Below, one piece after another: positions 62,791-64,000 of a DNA stretch of 64,000 nucleotides. The notes below the pieces were generated by a model. It was not told the DNA's origin and made no database searches. It worked only from the letters and a program-made list of their open reading frames with translations. The stretch lies in NCBI GenBank assembly GCA_035084275.1, contig CM068756.1, positions 9,176,001 through 9,240,000 on the forward strand, in the 5' to 3' direction. Within the stretch, counting starts at the first letter, position 1. Every line of letters starts with the position of its first letter. The position numbers and the translations under genes are program-made. This DNA is from Hydrolagus colliei (lineage: Eukaryota).

Positions 62791-63053
62791 AGTTTTGGAT
62801 CGAGGGGCCTCTAGCTCAGTGTGTTTGTTTTCAGTGGAGGTTAATGTGGAAAGCACATGTTATTATGCCACAATACATTTTATAACATAACAATCAAATA
62901 GAAATGATAGATAGTCAGCAAAGGACATTTGTGATGTAAATGCGATCCTAGACTAATCCAGCTTTGTACTTTTAAACTGAAAAACCATTTTGTAAAAATC
63001 GTGTGAATGTGTTTCTGATTAGGACACACTCATAATTGTGTGATATTCACTCA

Positions 63054-63086
63054 CCCCCCCCCTCCACACACACACACATATACACA
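63054..63086 (+). repeat. C-run + (CA)n microsatellite
   Basis: C tract followed by CACACACACACACATATACACA. Confidence 0.9.
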
Positions 63087-64000
63087 TGAACCTCTGTAGA
63101 CATGAGCTCTAAGCAGGGCAGAGGTTATTAGAAGCAGTGTGGGTGTAATATGGATTACGTTTAAAAGTAATAAAAACGAGAGCACTTGGTTACGTGAAAT
63201 ATTTGTCGGTGGATTCCTGAGTGTAGCTTTCTTTCATGTGCAAACTGTATTAAATGAGGCATTTAATTCAACAAATCCAGAGATCTGATCCACCAGAAAT
63301 AGAGACTGGGTTAGTTCAATTTGTAACAAACGATCTCCAGATGATCAAAGTTCTAAGAGATGGTTCCAACATACTGCTTAAATTAGCCTAACACCGCTGC
63401 GCTTGGCAGTGGTACAATATTTGGAATGTCTTACCAGAAGAAAAATTCCTTAGCACACATGGTTCCAATATCTGGGAATACCAGGCTAACTTTTTAATGG
63501 TCTGACAGAGCGCATTGGCGCTAACTTTCTTGACTGCAAGTTCTTGTGCTGTCACCCACAAGCCATGTTGAGATTTTTTTTCTTTTATGAAGGCTGAATA
63601 AGGGGATTGTACGTGAGAACTTCGGTGTCACTCGGCTCCCCTGCCCTAAGTACAAGCAGCTACAATGAAAGCTCTGCTTCTCCTTCTCTGTGACTGAAAT
63701 TGAGCGAAGTGCATGATTGTTTTCAAAAGAATAACTGGGCATTGTATTTTTGAAGATTGTAAAAATCAACTGCAAGTTTAGGGGTTATGGGTTTGTGTAT
63801 CATGATGCAGGTGAGCAATAAATTAGTTACCTGAAAGAGAAGTGATGGACAGTCATGGAATGTAAGCTTCATGATAAACCATATGAGAAAAATTACTTAT
63901 GAGCTGTCTAGATTTACTGAAATATTGTATTTCCTTTCCACAATTTGCAAGGCAGGTGCTCTGTTTGTGTCAAGGAAGTGACGTGGATTCAGAGTGTTTT

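Noticed and set aside
1-64000. CRISPR array, operon or prokaryotic defence system
   Set aside because: No regularly spaced direct repeats and no gene-dense ORFs. The sequence is vertebrate non-coding DNA.

Overview
AT-rich, CpG-depleted vertebrate non-coding DNA, either a gene desert or a very long intron. It is not prokaryotic. I see no recognisable protein-coding gene: the ORF track is chance ORFs, apart from a few that translate LINE remnants. The repeat complement points to a cartilaginous fish, most likely a chimaera such as Callorhinchus (recognition from memory, not a search). It includes a young tRNA-headed SINE with a partial Deu-domain and L2 tail, older SacSINE1/DeuSINE-like copies, L2 and CR1 3' ends, a decayed RTE-clade LINE and a Penelope-like end. 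The young SINE has 8 main copies plus fragments. There are at least four nested insertions and two closely spaced inverted SINE pairs. Between the repeats lie unique, CpG-retaining, TF-motif-dense blocks that look like conserved non-coding enhancers, a perfect GC-rich hairpin and a few isolated candidate exons (best: 29076-29153, +). I found no convincing new multi-gene system. The most interesting signals are SINE modularity and mosaicism, a templated-insertion scar inside one SINE, the inverted SINE pairs, an unexplained 33-bp dispersed motif and the candidate exons/CNEs. Repeat boundaries are read by eye and approximate.
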